Assembly: GCA_002714185.1 (NCBI GenBank)
Contig: PAWM01000002.1
Location: 4,278-65,458 of the forward strand
Source of the DNA: Flavobacteriales bacterium
GTDB lineage: Bacteria > Bacteroidota > Bacteroidia > Flavobacteriales > TMED113
Direction of reading: 5' to 3'
Length of the DNA stretch: 61,181 bases
Both the position numbers and the translations under genes were made by a program. Below the pieces are notes generated by a model. The model was not told the origin of the DNA, ran no database searches, and saw only the letters and a program-made list of their open reading frames with translations. Of this stretch, positions 10,792 through 21,612 are shown in pieces. How positions within the stretch are numbered: position 1 is the first letter of the stretch; each line of letters opens with the position of its first letter.

Positions 10792-11241
10792 ATGAACAAA
10801 CTTTTTATTATACTTTTAATTTTATTCTCTTGTAACAAAAAAGTTATTTCTACTTATCAAGTAGATGAAAATAGCTGGAGTGCTAATGACTCTATTATAT
10901 TTGATTTTAATATTTCAGATACAGTTTCAACATACAATTTATCTTTTTTTATAAGAAATACATTAGATTTTGAGTATAGAAATATTTTTTTACTTATTAA
11001 TACAAATTATAATAATGCAACGATTAAAAAAGATACCGTAGAGTATGCAATCACAAATAAATCCGGACAGTGGCTTGGTCGTGGATTTGGTGATATGAAA
11101 GATAATTATTTAATTTTTGAAGAAAATTTAATTTTTAATAACACTGGTCAATATGAGTTAAGTGTGAAGCATGGAATGAGAAGTGAGCCGCTAATTGGAA
11201 TTAATACATTTGGATTTAAACTTAATAAGAATGAAAATTAA
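10792..11241 (+). CDS. gldH: Gliding motility lipoprotein GldH
   Basis: Lipobox LFSC, RN...Y.NIFL, DT.EY, G.WLG.GFG, HGMR; conserved position between PSP1 and PBP1A. Confidence 0.85.
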   Translation: MNKLFIILLILFSCNKKVISTYQVDENSWSANDSIIFDFNISDTVSTYNLSFFIRNTLDFEYRNIFLLINTNYNNATIKKDTVEYAITNKSGQWLGRGFGDMKDNYLIFEENLIFNNTGQYELSVKHGMRSEPLIGINTFGFKLNKNEN

Positions 11242-13480
11242 AAATTTTAAAAAATACTTTTTTATTATCTTTTTAAGATACATAACTCCCGCTACTATAA
11301 TTCTACCTGTGTTAATACTATTATTATGTTTATTTTGTGCAGCTAACGGTATATGGGGGCCCCTACCTGATTTTCAAGAGCTAGAAAATCCAGAAACTAA
11401 TTTAGCAACAGAAATTATATCATCTGACAATAAAATACTTGGAAAATACTTCTACGAAAACCGTACTCACGTAGAATATGATTCTTTAGCAACAGTTCTC
11501 GTGGATGCTTTAATTGCAACAGAAGATGAAAGATTTTTTACACATTCTGGTATTGATTTTATAGCTTTAATTAGAGTGCTGAAAGGAGTGCTTACAGGCA
11601 ATAGTAATCTTGGTGGAGGCAGTACCATTACACAACAACTAGCTAAAATGTTTTTTTCAAAAAAGCCAACATCCAAGATAGACAGAGTAAAACAAAAATT
11701 TAAAGAATGGATAATCGCAGTTAGGATTGAAAGACAGTATTCAAAACAAGAAATTATATCTATGTATTTAAATAGATTTGATTTTTTAAATCTTGCTGTA
11801 GGAATTAAATCTGCATCTAAAGTCTATTTTGATACAACTCCATATAATTTAAAAATCGAGCAGGCTGCTACATTAGTGGGTATGGCAAAAAATCCTTCTA
11901 GATACAATCCTTTACGATGGATAGAAAAAACGACTCAAAGAAGGAATATCGTTTTAAATCAAATGGTTAAAAATAATTATTTATCTAAAAAAGAATGTGA
12001 TTCACTAACCCTAATACCAATTGAACTAAGCTACAAAAAAGTAGATCACAATGAAGGAACAGCAACATATTTTAGAGAGTATTTAAGATCTTATATGCGA
12101 AATTGGGCAAAAAAAATAGAAAAAGAAACTGGTGAAAAATACAATATTTATAAAGATGGATTAAAAATTTATACAACTATTAATTCAAAAATGCAGAAAA
12201 ATGCAGAAAAAGCAGTTACTAATCACATAAAAAATCTTCAAACTAAATTTTATGATCATTGGAAAGAGTTTGAAAATGCACCATATGATACAAGTTGGCG
12301 TACTGGACAAATTGACACACTTATATTAATTCCTGCTATTAAAAGATCTGAGAGATATAGAAAACTAAAACTAGCGAAAAAAAGTGAAAAAGAAATTTTG
12401 AAAATTTTTAATAATCCCGTTAACATAAATGTTTTTTCTTGGAACGGAAGATTAGACACATTACTTAGTCCCTTAGATTCAATAAAATACTATAATTATT
12501 TTTTACATTCTGGCCTAATTTCTATTGACCCGTCGAATGGCCATATTAAAGCTTGGGTTGGTGGTATTAATCATGAACAATTTAAATATGATCATGTGTT
12601 TGAAGGTAAACGACAAGCTGGATCCACATTTAAACCTTTTATTTATGCAACAGCTATTGATCAATTTAAATACTCACCTTGCTTTAAAATTCCAAATGTT
12701 CAAGTAATATTTGAAAAAGGTAAAAGGTGGAAATTAGAAGAAGATTATATTCCGGAAAATGCAAATAAAGAATACGGTGGAGAATATACTTTAGTTGAGG
12801 GTTTAGCAAAATCTAAAAATACTATTTCTGCTTATTTAATGAAGCGTGTTGGACCAAAAAGAATAATTAATTTAGCTAAAAAAATGGGAATTAATAGTTA
12901 TTTACCAGCTGTTCCTTCCTTATGTTTAGGTGCTGCAGAAGTATCCTTATTTGAAATTACTGGTGCATATACTACTTTTGCAAATGAAGGAATATATAAT
13001 GAGCCCATCTTCATTACAAGAATAGAGGATAAAAATGGTATAGTATTAGAAAGCTTTTCTAATAGCCCCGTTGAAATACTAAGCAAAGAAAAAAATTATA
13101 TAATGGTGAAATTACTCCAAGGTGTTATCAATAAAGGTTCAGGCGGAAGACTTCGTTGGAAATATCAATTTAAAAATCAAATTGCTGGTAAAACAGGCAC
13201 TACACAAAATCACTCGGATGGATGGTTTATAGGCTTTGTTCCTAATTTAGTAACAGGAGTATGGACAGGTGCAGATAATCGATCTGTTCGATTTAGGGAT
13301 TTATATTTGGGACAAGGTGCTGAAATGGCATTACCAATTTGGGGGGAATATATGCAATCTTTATATAACGAAAACTCACTAAATATATCTACTGAAAATT
13401 TCCCTTTTCCAGAGAATGGTGTTTCGGTAGTGCTCGACTGTAATAAAATAATAGATAATAATACCGAAGAAGAATTTTAA
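11231..13480 (+). CDS. Class A penicillin-binding protein (PBP1A)
   Basis: Transglycosylase [19 protein letters not shown]; transpeptidase GSTFK, SKN, KTGT; ATG at 11231 preferred. Confidence 0.95.
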   Translation: MKIKNFKKYFFIIFLRYITPATIILPVLILLLCLFCAANGIWGPLPDFQELENPETNLATEIISSDNKILGKYFYENRTHVEYDSLATVLVDALIATEDERFFTHSGIDFIALIRVLKGVLTGNSNLGGGSTITQQLAKMFFSKKPTSKIDRVKQKFKEWIIAVRIERQYSKQEIISMYLNRFDFLNLAVGIKSASKVYFDTTPYNLKIEQAATLVGMAKNPSRYNPLRWIEKTTQRRNIVLNQMVKNNYLSKKECDSLTLIPIELSYKKVDHNEGTATYFREYLRSYMRNWAKKIEKETGEKYNIYKDGLKIYTTINSKMQKNAEKAVTNHIKNLQTKFYDHWKEFENAPYDTSWRTGQIDTLILIPAIKRSERYRKLKLAKKSEKEILKIFNNPVNINVFSWNGRLDTLLSPLDSIKYYNYFLHSGLISIDPSNGHIKAWVGGINHEQFKYDHVFEGKRQAGSTFKPFIYATAIDQFKYSPCFKIPNVQVIFEKGKRWKLEEDYIPENANKEYGGEYTLVEGLAKSKNTISAYLMKRVGPKRIINLAKKMGINSYLPAVPSLCLGAAEVSLFEITGAYTTFANEGIYNEPIFITRIEDKNGIVLESFSNSPVEILSKEKNYIMVKLLQGVINKGSGGRLRWKYQFKNQIAGKTGTTQNHSDGWFIGFVPNLVTGVWTGADNRSVRFRDLYLGQGAEMALPIWGEYMQSLYNENSLNISTENFPFPENGVSVVLDCNKIIDNNTEEEF

Positions 13481-13481
13481 T

Positions 13482-14171
13482 ATGAATAAATTATATAATA
13501 ATGCTCACGAGGCAATAATTGATGTAAAAGATAATAATACTATTATGCTAGGTGGTTTTGGGTTATGTGGTATTCCCGAAAACCTTATACAGGCACTTGT
13601 AAAAAAGGGAACTAAAAATCTTACATGTATTTCTAATAATGCAGGAGTAGATGATTTTGGTATTGGATTATTATTAAAAACTCGTCAAGTTAAAAAAATG
13701 ATATCATCATATGTTGGTGAAAACTCTGAATTTGAACGACAACTTCTAAATGGTGAACTTGAAGTGGATTTAATTCCGCAGGGCACTTTAGCTGAAAGAT
13801 GTAGAGCAGCTGGAGCGGGAATTCCCGCATTTTATACTCCTGCAGGTGTCGGAACAGAAATTGCGAAAAATAAAGAAATTAAATTATTTAATGGGAAAGA
13901 ATATATTTTAGAATTAGCATTTCAGTCTGATTTTGCTTTTATCAAAGCTTGGAAAGGAGATGCCTTAGGTAATTTAATTTACAAAGGGACTGCTCGAAAT
14001 TTTAATCCAATGATGGCTACAGCTGGAAAAATTACAATTGTTGAAGTTGAAGAATTAGTGCCTATTGGTAGTTTAGATCCAAATATAATTCATACTCCTA
14101 GTATTTATGTTGATCGAATTTTTGAAGGTAAAAATTATGAAAAAAGAATTGAAAAAATAACAACACAATAA
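13482..14171 (+). CDS. scoA: 3-oxoacid CoA-transferase subunit A
   Basis: [31 protein letters not shown]. Confidence 0.93.
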   Translation: MNKLYNNAHEAIIDVKDNNTIMLGGFGLCGIPENLIQALVKKGTKNLTCISNNAGVDDFGIGLLLKTRQVKKMISSYVGENSEFERQLLNGELEVDLIPQGTLAERCRAAGAGIPAFYTPAGVGTEIAKNKEIKLFNGKEYILELAFQSDFAFIKAWKGDALGNLIYKGTARNFNPMMATAGKITIVEVEELVPIGSLDPNIIHTPSIYVDRIFEGKNYEKRIEKITTQ

Positions 14172-14182
14172 AATATTATATA

Positions 14183-14842
14183 ATGGGACTAAATAAATTT
14201 CAAATAGCACAAAGAATTTCACAAGAATTAAATGACGGTGATTATGTAAACTTAGGAATTGGTATACCAACTTTGATAGCAAACTATATTCCTAACAATA
14301 TCTCTGTTATTATGCAATCTGAAAATGGTCTTCTTGGAATGGGCCCATTTCCTAAAAGGGAGGATGTCGATCCAGACTTAATCAATGCTGGTAAAGAAAC
14401 AATTACTACTCTTGATGGCTCTTCTATTTTTAACTCATCTGAAAGCTTTGCAATGATTAGAGGAGGACGTGTTAACCTCACTGTTCTTGGTGCTATGGAG
14501 GTATCGCAAGCAGGTGATATTGCAAATTGGAAGATTCCTGGAAAAATGGTTAAAGGGATGGGGGGTGCAATGGACTTAGTAGCTTCAGCAAAAAATATCA
14601 TTGTTGCTATGATGCATACAAATAAAAAAGGCGAGTCAAAGTTGCTAAAAAAATGTTCTCTTCCTATTACAGGTATTAATTGTGTAAAAAAAATTGTTAC
14701 AAATTTAGCAGTAATTGATATAGAAAATAACAATTTTATTTTAAAGGAATATGCTCCTGGAGTATCAGTCGAAGAAATTAAAAATGCAACAGAGGGTGAC
14801 TTAATTATAGCTGATTCTATTTCTGAAATGTGTCTACAATGA
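14183..14842 (+). CDS. scoB: 3-oxoacid CoA-transferase subunit B
   Basis: NLGIGIPT, QSENG catalytic Glu, KGMGGAMDLV. Confidence 0.93.
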   Translation: MGLNKFQIAQRISQELNDGDYVNLGIGIPTLIANYIPNNISVIMQSENGLLGMGPFPKREDVDPDLINAGKETITTLDGSSIFNSSESFAMIRGGRVNLTVLGAMEVSQAGDIANWKIPGKMVKGMGGAMDLVASAKNIIVAMMHTNKKGESKLLKKCSLPITGINCVKKIVTNLAVIDIENNNFILKEYAPGVSVEEIKNATEGDLIIADSISEMCLQ

Positions 14843-15597
14843 AAATAATATCATATAATATAAATGGTATAAGAGCAGCTGTTCGTAAAGGTTTTTTGAA
14901 TTGGATAGAAACAGAATCCCCGGATGTAATTTGTTTACAAGAAATTAAAGCTAACACAGATCAGTTTGATGTTAGATTGTTTGAAAAATTAGGTTACAAT
15001 TGTTATTGGCATTCTGCAAAAAAAGCAGGCTATAGTGGAGTAGCAATACTTACAAAACTAAAACCTAAAAATATTGTCTATGGATGTGGAATTAAAAAAT
15101 TTGATGATGAAGGAAGAATTATAAAGGCTGAATTTGACAATATTAATATTTTATCTTGCTACTTTCCATCAGGTAGTAGCGGTGATATTAGGCAAAGTTT
15201 TAAAATGGATTTTTTAAAACTATTTTATAACTTTATTAGAAGAATCAAGGAAGAAAATAACACTCTAGTTTGTGGTGATTTTAATATATGTCATAAATCT
15301 ATAGATATTCATGATCCTATTAGAAACAAATACTCATCAGGTTTCCTAGAAGAAGAACGACAATGGATAACCTCATTTTTAAAATTAGGATTTATTGATA
15401 CTTTTCGCGAAATAAACAATAAACCAGAAAATTATTCATGGTGGAGTTATCGTGCAAGTTCAAGATTACGAAATAAAGGTTGGAGAATTGACTATCATAT
15501 GTTAAGTGAGAATCTTAAAAAAAAGATAATTAATGCTGATATATTAAAAAATATTCATCACTCTGATCATTGTCCTATTTTACTGGAAATTTCTTAA
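14839..15597 (+). CDS. xth: Exodeoxyribonuclease III
   Basis: [39 protein letters not shown]; ATGA overlap with scoB stop. Confidence 0.95.
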   Translation: MKIISYNINGIRAAVRKGFLNWIETESPDVICLQEIKANTDQFDVRLFEKLGYNCYWHSAKKAGYSGVAILTKLKPKNIVYGCGIKKFDDEGRIIKAEFDNINILSCYFPSGSSGDIRQSFKMDFLKLFYNFIRRIKEENNTLVCGDFNICHKSIDIHDPIRNKYSSGFLEEERQWITSFLKLGFIDTFREINNKPENYSWWSYRASSRLRNKGWRIDYHMLSENLKKKIINADILKNIHHSDHCPILLEIS

Positions 15598-16553
15598 GGA
15601 CAAAGCACTGATTCACCAATCATAAGTGCAGTACCATTAAATCCTATTTCGACCAAATAACAATTGCCATTACCATCATTAATTATTAAATCATTTAGAT
15701 TTAGATAATTCGAAGGTGGACCCACTGGACCCACTGGACCCACTGGACCCACTGGACCCACTGGACCTATCGGCCCCATACTTAAATCATTTAAAAAATC
15801 TTGTTCTGTTCCAGGATTTCCATCATTATCGCTGTCGTTATTTGCATTATCTCCTTCTTGATACCATAGCTCATATGTATTTGAAGCTAATAGTAAAATA
15901 AACTCATTTAATGTGCCTTCATTGCCGTTTGCTAGCCATGATTCATATAAACTTGCTCCAGTTGGACCTTGTGAACCAGTAAGGCCTTGTGAACCAGTAG
16001 GCCCAACTTCACCCTGTGGTCCAGTAGGTCCCATAGGTCCTTGTGGACCTGTAACACCCTGTGGTCCAGTAGGTCCCATTTCACCCTGTGGTCCAGTAGG
16101 TCCCATTTCACCCTGTGGACCTGGATTCCCCGGGTTTTCACTTGTCTCAGCGAACAATGCATAAGGTACACTTCTTAGTTGAGTAGATCCTATAATTAAA
16201 TAATCTGTTTCTGAAGTGTTTGAACCTACTTCAGAGATACCTATTGTTAAAAAATGCAAGTGATTCCCCCAATCTATTAATTCAAAATCTGAAGTTGGAG
16301 TTGCTTGCCCACCACCAATAGCTAAATTTACTAATCCTATGTTATTAGTAGTTACTGAAAAATGTTCTTCTCTATATATTGGAAAGTTGTCAGGACTATC
16401 TTCAGAAATACTGACAGAAATATTAATTGTTTCATTCACTCTAGGCTGCCAGTTAGCATCTCTTATTACAGTTTGATATGAAAATGTGTGAGGTGCTTGT
16501 GCACCAACAAGTCCAATAAAAAGAATTAAAAAAATATTAAATAAATTTTTCAT
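15594..16553 (-). CDS. Secreted collagen-like fibre protein
   Basis: Signal peptide; N-domain FSYQTVIRD...SVPYALFA; two Gly-X-Y tracts; two S/TxYExW..GN.GT..xF linker motifs; C-terminal GNCY...CP; ATG at 16553 preferred. Confidence 0.85.
   Translation of the reverse strand: MKNLFNIFLILFIGLVGAQAPHTFSYQTVIRDANWQPRVNETINISVSISEDSPDNFPIYREEHFSVTTNNIGLVNLAIGGGQATPTSDFELIDWGNHLHFLTIGISEVGSNTSETDYLIIGSTQLRSVPYALFAETSENPGNPGPQGEMGPTGPQGEMGPTGPQGVTGPQGPMGPTGPQGEVGPTGSQGLTGSQGPTGASLYESWLANGNEGTLNEFILLLASNTYELWYQEGDNANNDSDNDGNPGTEQDFLNDLSMGPIGPVGPVGPVGPVGPVGPPSNYLNLNDLIINDGNGNCYLVEIGFNGTALMIGESVLCP
15718..15767. repeat. Perfect 9-bp tandem repeat (GGACCCACT)x5 plus a partial unit, encoding collagen triplets (VGP)n
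   Basis: Read directly from the sequence. Confidence 0.95.
15960..16125. repeat. Imperfect 27-bp tandem repeats encoding GPQGEMGPT-type collagen units
   Basis: CACCCTGTGGTCCAGTAGGTCCCATTT exact at 16055-16081 and 16082-16108, with degenerate copies on both sides. Confidence 0.85.
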
Positions 16554-16554
16554 A

Positions 16555-17043
16555 TTAATTATGCTTTTGAATTTGATAAAATTGTATTGAATTATCACTA
16601 AATACTATTTCTAAAAAGTAAACTCCATTTGAAAATAAAGATAGATCTATAACTTGTTTTACATCACCCGAAGCACTAGAAATTGATGCTAGGAGAACAC
16701 CTTTTGTGTCAATTAATTTTAAATCTACTTTTTCTTTTGTGTTACAATTAATGTAAATAACATCAGTAGTTGGATTGGGATAAAAATCAATTTTATAATT
16801 TTCCCTAAACTCACTAATGTGTGATATCTCATAATTTTCTTGATGAAATCCTTGAGTGAGTATTACATCATTTTGATTAATTGTTTCAATAGAAATTTCT
16901 CCCAAAGAAAAAGATAAATTATAATTATCTTGTGATAATGTTCCACCTGAAGAAGCAATTAATTCAGGACTATTAATAATTTCTACCTGAGCATATAAAT
17001 TATTCATTGAAAAGAAAAATAAAAATAAATATAATCTATACAT
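16555..17043 (-). CDS. Small T9SS type A sorting domain protein
   Basis: Signal peptide; short N-domain IASSGG..LSFSLGE..LTQGFHQ; CTD FYPNPT...GVYFL...IQK; ATG at 17043 preferred. Confidence 0.85.
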   Translation of the reverse strand: MYRLYLFLFFFSMNNLYAQVEIINSPELIASSGGTLSQDNYNLSFSLGEISIETINQNDVILTQGFHQENYEISHISEFRENYKIDFYPNPTTDVIYINCNTKEKVDLKLIDTKGVLLASISSASGDVKQVIDLSLFSNGVYFLEIVFSDNSIQFYQIQKHN

Positions 17044-17047
17044 AAAT

Positions 17048-18667
17048 CTATTCTTTAATAAAACAATGTGTAGCTGACTGATCATCTGACTGTAAGTTAA
17101 TAAAATATGTTCCTGTTTTTAATCTTTCAACATCTAATTTAATACTATTTGGTTCTGATTGAAAATTTTCATCTAAAATATCTAGTATTTGTCTTCCTTG
17201 ACAATCATAAATCTTTAATAATAACTTTGAAAAGTTTTTAAAATTATGAGTAATTGTAATTTCACTGTTTACAGGGTTTGGAAATATATCAACATATGAA
17301 TTTATGTTTTCTGATATACTTGTTTCCTCTGAAATACCTAAGTAAATATCTTCATCCCCTTCTTCGTAGGGTACATAATAAATTGGGCAAAAAAACATTT
17401 CATCAGTTGTTAATTCACCCCACGACATATTAAAATCATTAGTATTATCATATTTAGCAATAGCTTCTATTCTTGAGCCTGCAGGAATATGTTGCATATA
17501 TTCAGGGTAATAAAAACCTTGCCAATCAAAATCCCAATCAGGAATTTTAATAATAGGTAATGTTTCCCCATTGGGGGTTTCAGCATATACTTCCCATGAT
17601 TTCCCCATTAAATGAGAGTGTGGTAAAATACCCAATAAACTCCAGGCCTCAGGCAATTCGCAATTCTGTTCTCCATATAATCCTGTAGGTTGACCAAATT
17701 GATAAATTTCACTAGGGCCAAACATATCAAGAAAAGAATTTGAAAAGTTTAAACATGCCTCTAGTTCAGTTTGTGTATTTGCTTGTATATCCAAGTCTAA
17801 TCTCAACCACATTTTCATTTGAACCTCTCGTTGTACTTCTGAGGCTGGTTTTGTAAATATATTTATTGATGACTTGTCCCATTCATCAATAGATGATGGG
17901 GCATAATGAATTTGACACAGTAAATCAGCACCTGCTGGAATTTTCATTCCAAGTTCACCATTCCAAACTATTGGATTCATTCCTGGTGCATAACCACCTA
18001 AAAAAACATAATCATTTGGACTTACCCCGTCTAAACTAAAACCACCAAAAGACTCATATCCTAAAACATTTGGTGATTCAGCATCAAGTTGTGCTGCAGT
18101 ACCTGTAACATCAATCATCATAATTGCATGATGAACCGCCTCTCTATTATCAGGCCTAAATTCAATTGATTTAATATATGTGTCTTCTGTAAAACCGGTT
18201 GGAAATACAAACACTCTATAATCGTCCATATTATTTCCTTCAATATAATACTCGGATTCCATTTCAAAAACATAATCAGGCTCACCAATAGCTGATCCTG
18301 ATGGAAAGTCAGGGATAGATGCTTCTAGGGATGGGTCTCCCTCAGGATACCCTTGATCAACCCAATCACTAATTAACATTTTTTCTTCTTCAGTTAAATA
18401 TCGCTGATCCAATAAAGCATGATTTGTATAGCTAGGGTCTGGAGGCCAAGGAGGCATATAATTATTTTGAGTTACCTCTTTAATCATATCTGCCATTGCA
18501 GCTACCTCAGGATATGAGGTGAAAGACATAGGGCCTGCTTCACCTGGTCTATGACAACTTGTACAGTTATTATATATAATTGGGGAAATATCTTCAGTAA
18601 ATGTAATTTCATTTGTTTGACCAAATGACAGATAACTAATAAAAGAAAACAGTATAATTTTTTTCAT
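17048..18667 (-). CDS. T9SS-secreted copper type II (PHM/DBH-like) monooxygenase with N-terminal cytochrome c-like domain
   Basis: Signal peptide; CTSCH heme motif and MPPW; VHH, QIHY, PHSH, DEM copper ligand motifs; CTD IFPNPV...GTYFI. Confidence 0.8.
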   Translation of the reverse strand: MKKIILFSFISYLSFGQTNEITFTEDISPIIYNNCTSCHRPGEAGPMSFTSYPEVAAMADMIKEVTQNNYMPPWPPDPSYTNHALLDQRYLTEEEKMLISDWVDQGYPEGDPSLEASIPDFPSGSAIGEPDYVFEMESEYYIEGNNMDDYRVFVFPTGFTEDTYIKSIEFRPDNREAVHHAIMMIDVTGTAAQLDAESPNVLGYESFGGFSLDGVSPNDYVFLGGYAPGMNPIVWNGELGMKIPAGADLLCQIHYAPSSIDEWDKSSINIFTKPASEVQREVQMKMWLRLDLDIQANTQTELEACLNFSNSFLDMFGPSEIYQFGQPTGLYGEQNCELPEAWSLLGILPHSHLMGKSWEVYAETPNGETLPIIKIPDWDFDWQGFYYPEYMQHIPAGSRIEAIAKYDNTNDFNMSWGELTTDEMFFCPIYYVPYEEGDEDIYLGISEETSISENINSYVDIFPNPVNSEITITHNFKNFSKLLLKIYDCQGRQILDILDENFQSEPNSIKLDVERLKTGTYFINLQSDDQSATHCFIKE

Positions 18668-18679
18668 AAAAAAATAATT

Positions 18680-19309
18680 TTAATAATTTATAAGACAACC
18701 TACAGCATCCGTTTCGAAATATACAATTTCTTCCTGATTTATAAAATCAGTTAAAATATTTGACAAAAAATTCTGTGTTGGAGGACTCCATTCACCTAAT
18801 TCTTGGTAACTATTATCAATCATTCCTTTATATACTAGTTCCCCATTTATCTCAATAAATATTTCTGGTGTTACTGAAGGTAAGTAATTTTGTGTATATA
18901 ATCCTGGAATATTAGCATTATGATTATAGTCAATTGAAATATTAAAAGGAATATCATAATCTATTATAAAATCTGCAATACTACTATTTGTAGAAAATGA
19001 ATTTGGCGAAAATCCTCTAAAAACAAAATCTTGATTTAAAGTGTCACAAAAGTATCGGTAAGCATCCCTAAGAGGACCACACATATACTGAGCTATTGGA
19101 CAATTTTCATAAAGAAAAACCGTAACCATGACTTCAGGAATGGTGCTAGGCTCAGGCAAGCAAGCATCCCAACATTCTTCTAGTGAAGAAAACAAACCTG
19201 AATCACTCTCAACGCAGCAGCAACTTTCACATGCATATCTGGTTTCTTCAGCCTGTTCACAAGAAAAGAAAAGTAAAATTAAGAAAATAAATATTGTGAA
19301 TCTTCTCAT
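18680..19309 (-). CDS. Redoxin (thioredoxin-fold, peroxiredoxin-like) lipoprotein
   Basis: Lipobox FFSC; CPIA, VTPE cis-Pro loop, YKGMIDN, C-terminal AVGCLI. Confidence 0.75.
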   Translation of the reverse strand: MRRFTIFIFLILLFFSCEQAEETRYACESCCCVESDSGLFSSLEECWDACLPEPSTIPEVMVTVFLYENCPIAQYMCGPLRDAYRYFCDTLNQDFVFRGFSPNSFSTNSSIADFIIDYDIPFNISIDYNHNANIPGLYTQNYLPSVTPEIFIEINGELVYKGMIDNSYQELGEWSPPTQNFLSNILTDFINQEEIVYFETDAVGCLINY

Positions 19310-19316
19310 TATTTAA

Positions 19317-19324
19317 CAAAGGTA
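19317..19324 (-). promoter_or_regulatory. Bacteroidota -7 promoter element (TACCTTTG) for the four-gene cluster
   Basis: CAAAGGTA on +, immediately upstream of the ATG at 19309. Confidence 0.5.
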
Positions 19325-19364
19325 ATCATTTAATGGTTAATTATAATTCTTTTAATGAATAGTG

Positions 19365-19436
<72 letters not shown>

Positions 19437-19467
19437 ATAAAAAATATGATTTAATTTAATAAAATAA

Positions 19468-19475
19468 CAAAGTTA
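19468..19475 (-). promoter_or_regulatory. Bacteroidota -7 promoter element (TAACTTTG) for tRNA-Thr
   Basis: CAAAGTTA on +, about 30 bp upstream of the tRNA 5' end. Confidence 0.5.
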
Positions 19476-19511
19476 ATAATTTGAACTATATTGTCACATC
19501 TAAGATGTGAT

Positions 19512-21612
19512 ATGTCAAAAAGAAAAAAAAACAATCAAATAAACTTAAAAGATTTCATATTAGAAATTCTAAAAAATAATAAATCTACTATGAATAGTAG
19601 GCAGTTAGCCTGGGCACTAAATATGAAGGGTGGCAAACATCTTAAAAAGATTACTTCTTCTCTTAAGAAATTAGAACATGAAAAATTAATTATTCAATCT
19701 GAAAAATATAAATTTCAGTATAATAATAATAAGTTTACAACAGGTGTTATTGACATAAATAAAGCTGGTAATGGCTATGTATCATCTAAATTTTATAAAG
19801 ATGATATTTTTATAGAAAAAAAAAAACCGACTTAATTCTTTAAATCATGATACTGTATCAATAGAAATAATTAAAAGTAAAAAAAGTGGATTTGCTGGAA
19901 GGGTACAGGAAGTTATTTCAAGAAAACAAAATAAATTTATTGGAAGAATCAAAAAAGAATCAAAAAATTACTTTTTTATTGCGAATAATGCTAAAATAGG
20001 ATCTGATTTTTTTATTCCACTTGAAAAATTAAATGGTGCTAATCATAATGATTTAGTAATAATTGAATTTATAGATTGGCCGGTCACTGCTGGATGCCCT
20101 TTCGGATCCGTAGTTAAAATTCTTGACGATGAACTAAATTTAAAAACATATATTAATTCATTAATTGAAACTTTGAGTCTTAGAAATTCATTTTCTGATG
20201 ACATTAATTCTGAACTATCTAAAATTGATACGACGATTCCCGAAAAAGAAATAACAAAAAGAAGAGATTTCAGAGATAAGTTAACTTTTACAATTGATCC
20301 AGACGATGCAAAAGATTTTGATGATGCTATATCTTTTAACTTACTACCTAATAATAATATTGAAATTGGAATACATATAGCTGATGTCAGTTACTACATT
20401 CAACAAGATTCTGCTATTGATAAAGAAGCATTTTTAAGAGCATTCTCTATTTATTTCCCTGGCAAAGTGATTCCTATGATTCCTGAAAAATTATCAAATT
20501 TAGTTTGTTCACTCAGACCTAATGAAGACAAATTAAGCTTTTCCATTGTTGTTCAATTTAACACACAATTTAAAATGTTAGAAAATCTTTGGATGGGTAA
20601 AGGTATTGTTAATTCCAATAAACGATTTACATATGAGGAAGTTGAAAATATTATAAATTTAAAGGATTCAAAAAAATATAAAGAAATACAGATTCTATAT
20701 AAGATAAGTAAAAATCTTAGGGAAAAAAGAATGAGGAGTGGTTCAATTGACTTCAATCGAAGTGATATAAAATGTATATTAAATAACGATATGGAGCCCG
20801 TTAAAGTAATCGAAAAAAAAACATTAAAAGCACATAATTTAGTTGAGGAATTTATGTTAATAGCTAATAAATTAGTAGCAAATAAACTATCTGCATTAAG
20901 GCAATCAATTTATAGAATTCATGATTTACCAAATCAAGAATCACTGGAAGAACTTTCTTTATATTTGAAGCATCTTGGAGAAACTAGTATTAATTTAAAC
21001 TCGCGTGATAAAAATCTACCAAATACAATTAATAATTTATTAAAAAAAGATGATTTAAAGGCAAATAAAAAAATACTTCAGAACCTAATTTTAAGGTCGA
21101 TGTCAAAAGCAAGCTACAGTAGGAAAAACATAGGACATTATGGTTTAGGATTTAAAAAATATACTCACTTTACATCTCCAATAAGAAGATATGCTGATTT
21201 ATTAATTCATCGTATTCTAAATGCTGCGATTTACAATAGTAAAATTAACATTTCAGAATTAGATAAACAGTGTGTACATTTTGCGAATGTAGAAAAATCT
21301 TATACCGATATTGAAAGAAAAACAAATAAATTTATACAATTAAAATTACTAGAAAAGTCTATCGGTCAAACTTTTAAGGGTCTTATATCAGGATTAACAA
21401 AATGGGGTATATATGTTGAGTTGGAGGATGGGGCTGGCGAAGGTCTTGTTGCAATTAAAGAATTAAAAGACGATAATTATTATTTAAATGAAGCTAAAAA
21501 ATCTTATGTCGGAAGAAAAAGTGGAAAAAAATTCCAACTTGGTCAGGAGGTAAGTGTAGAAATTAAAAAAATAAATTTATTAAAAAATGAAATGGACATG
21601 GTATTTGTTTAA
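19512..21612 (+). pseudogene. rnr: Ribonuclease R, frameshifted at an A11 run (19816-19826); may be a sequencing error or slippage site
   Basis: Removing one A gives DIFIEKKNRLNSLNHDTV..., open into the 20173 ORF with TIDPDDAKDFDDA, HFTSPIRRYADL and an S1 domain. Confidence 0.88.

Noticed and set aside
15718-16125. Direct repeats as a possible CRISPR array
   Set aside because: Tandem, in-frame coding repeats with no unique spacers and no cas genes
15716-16171. ORFs with [15 protein letters not shown] and HRVKWDLLD repeats
   Set aside because: Alternate-frame and antisense shadows of the collagen repeats
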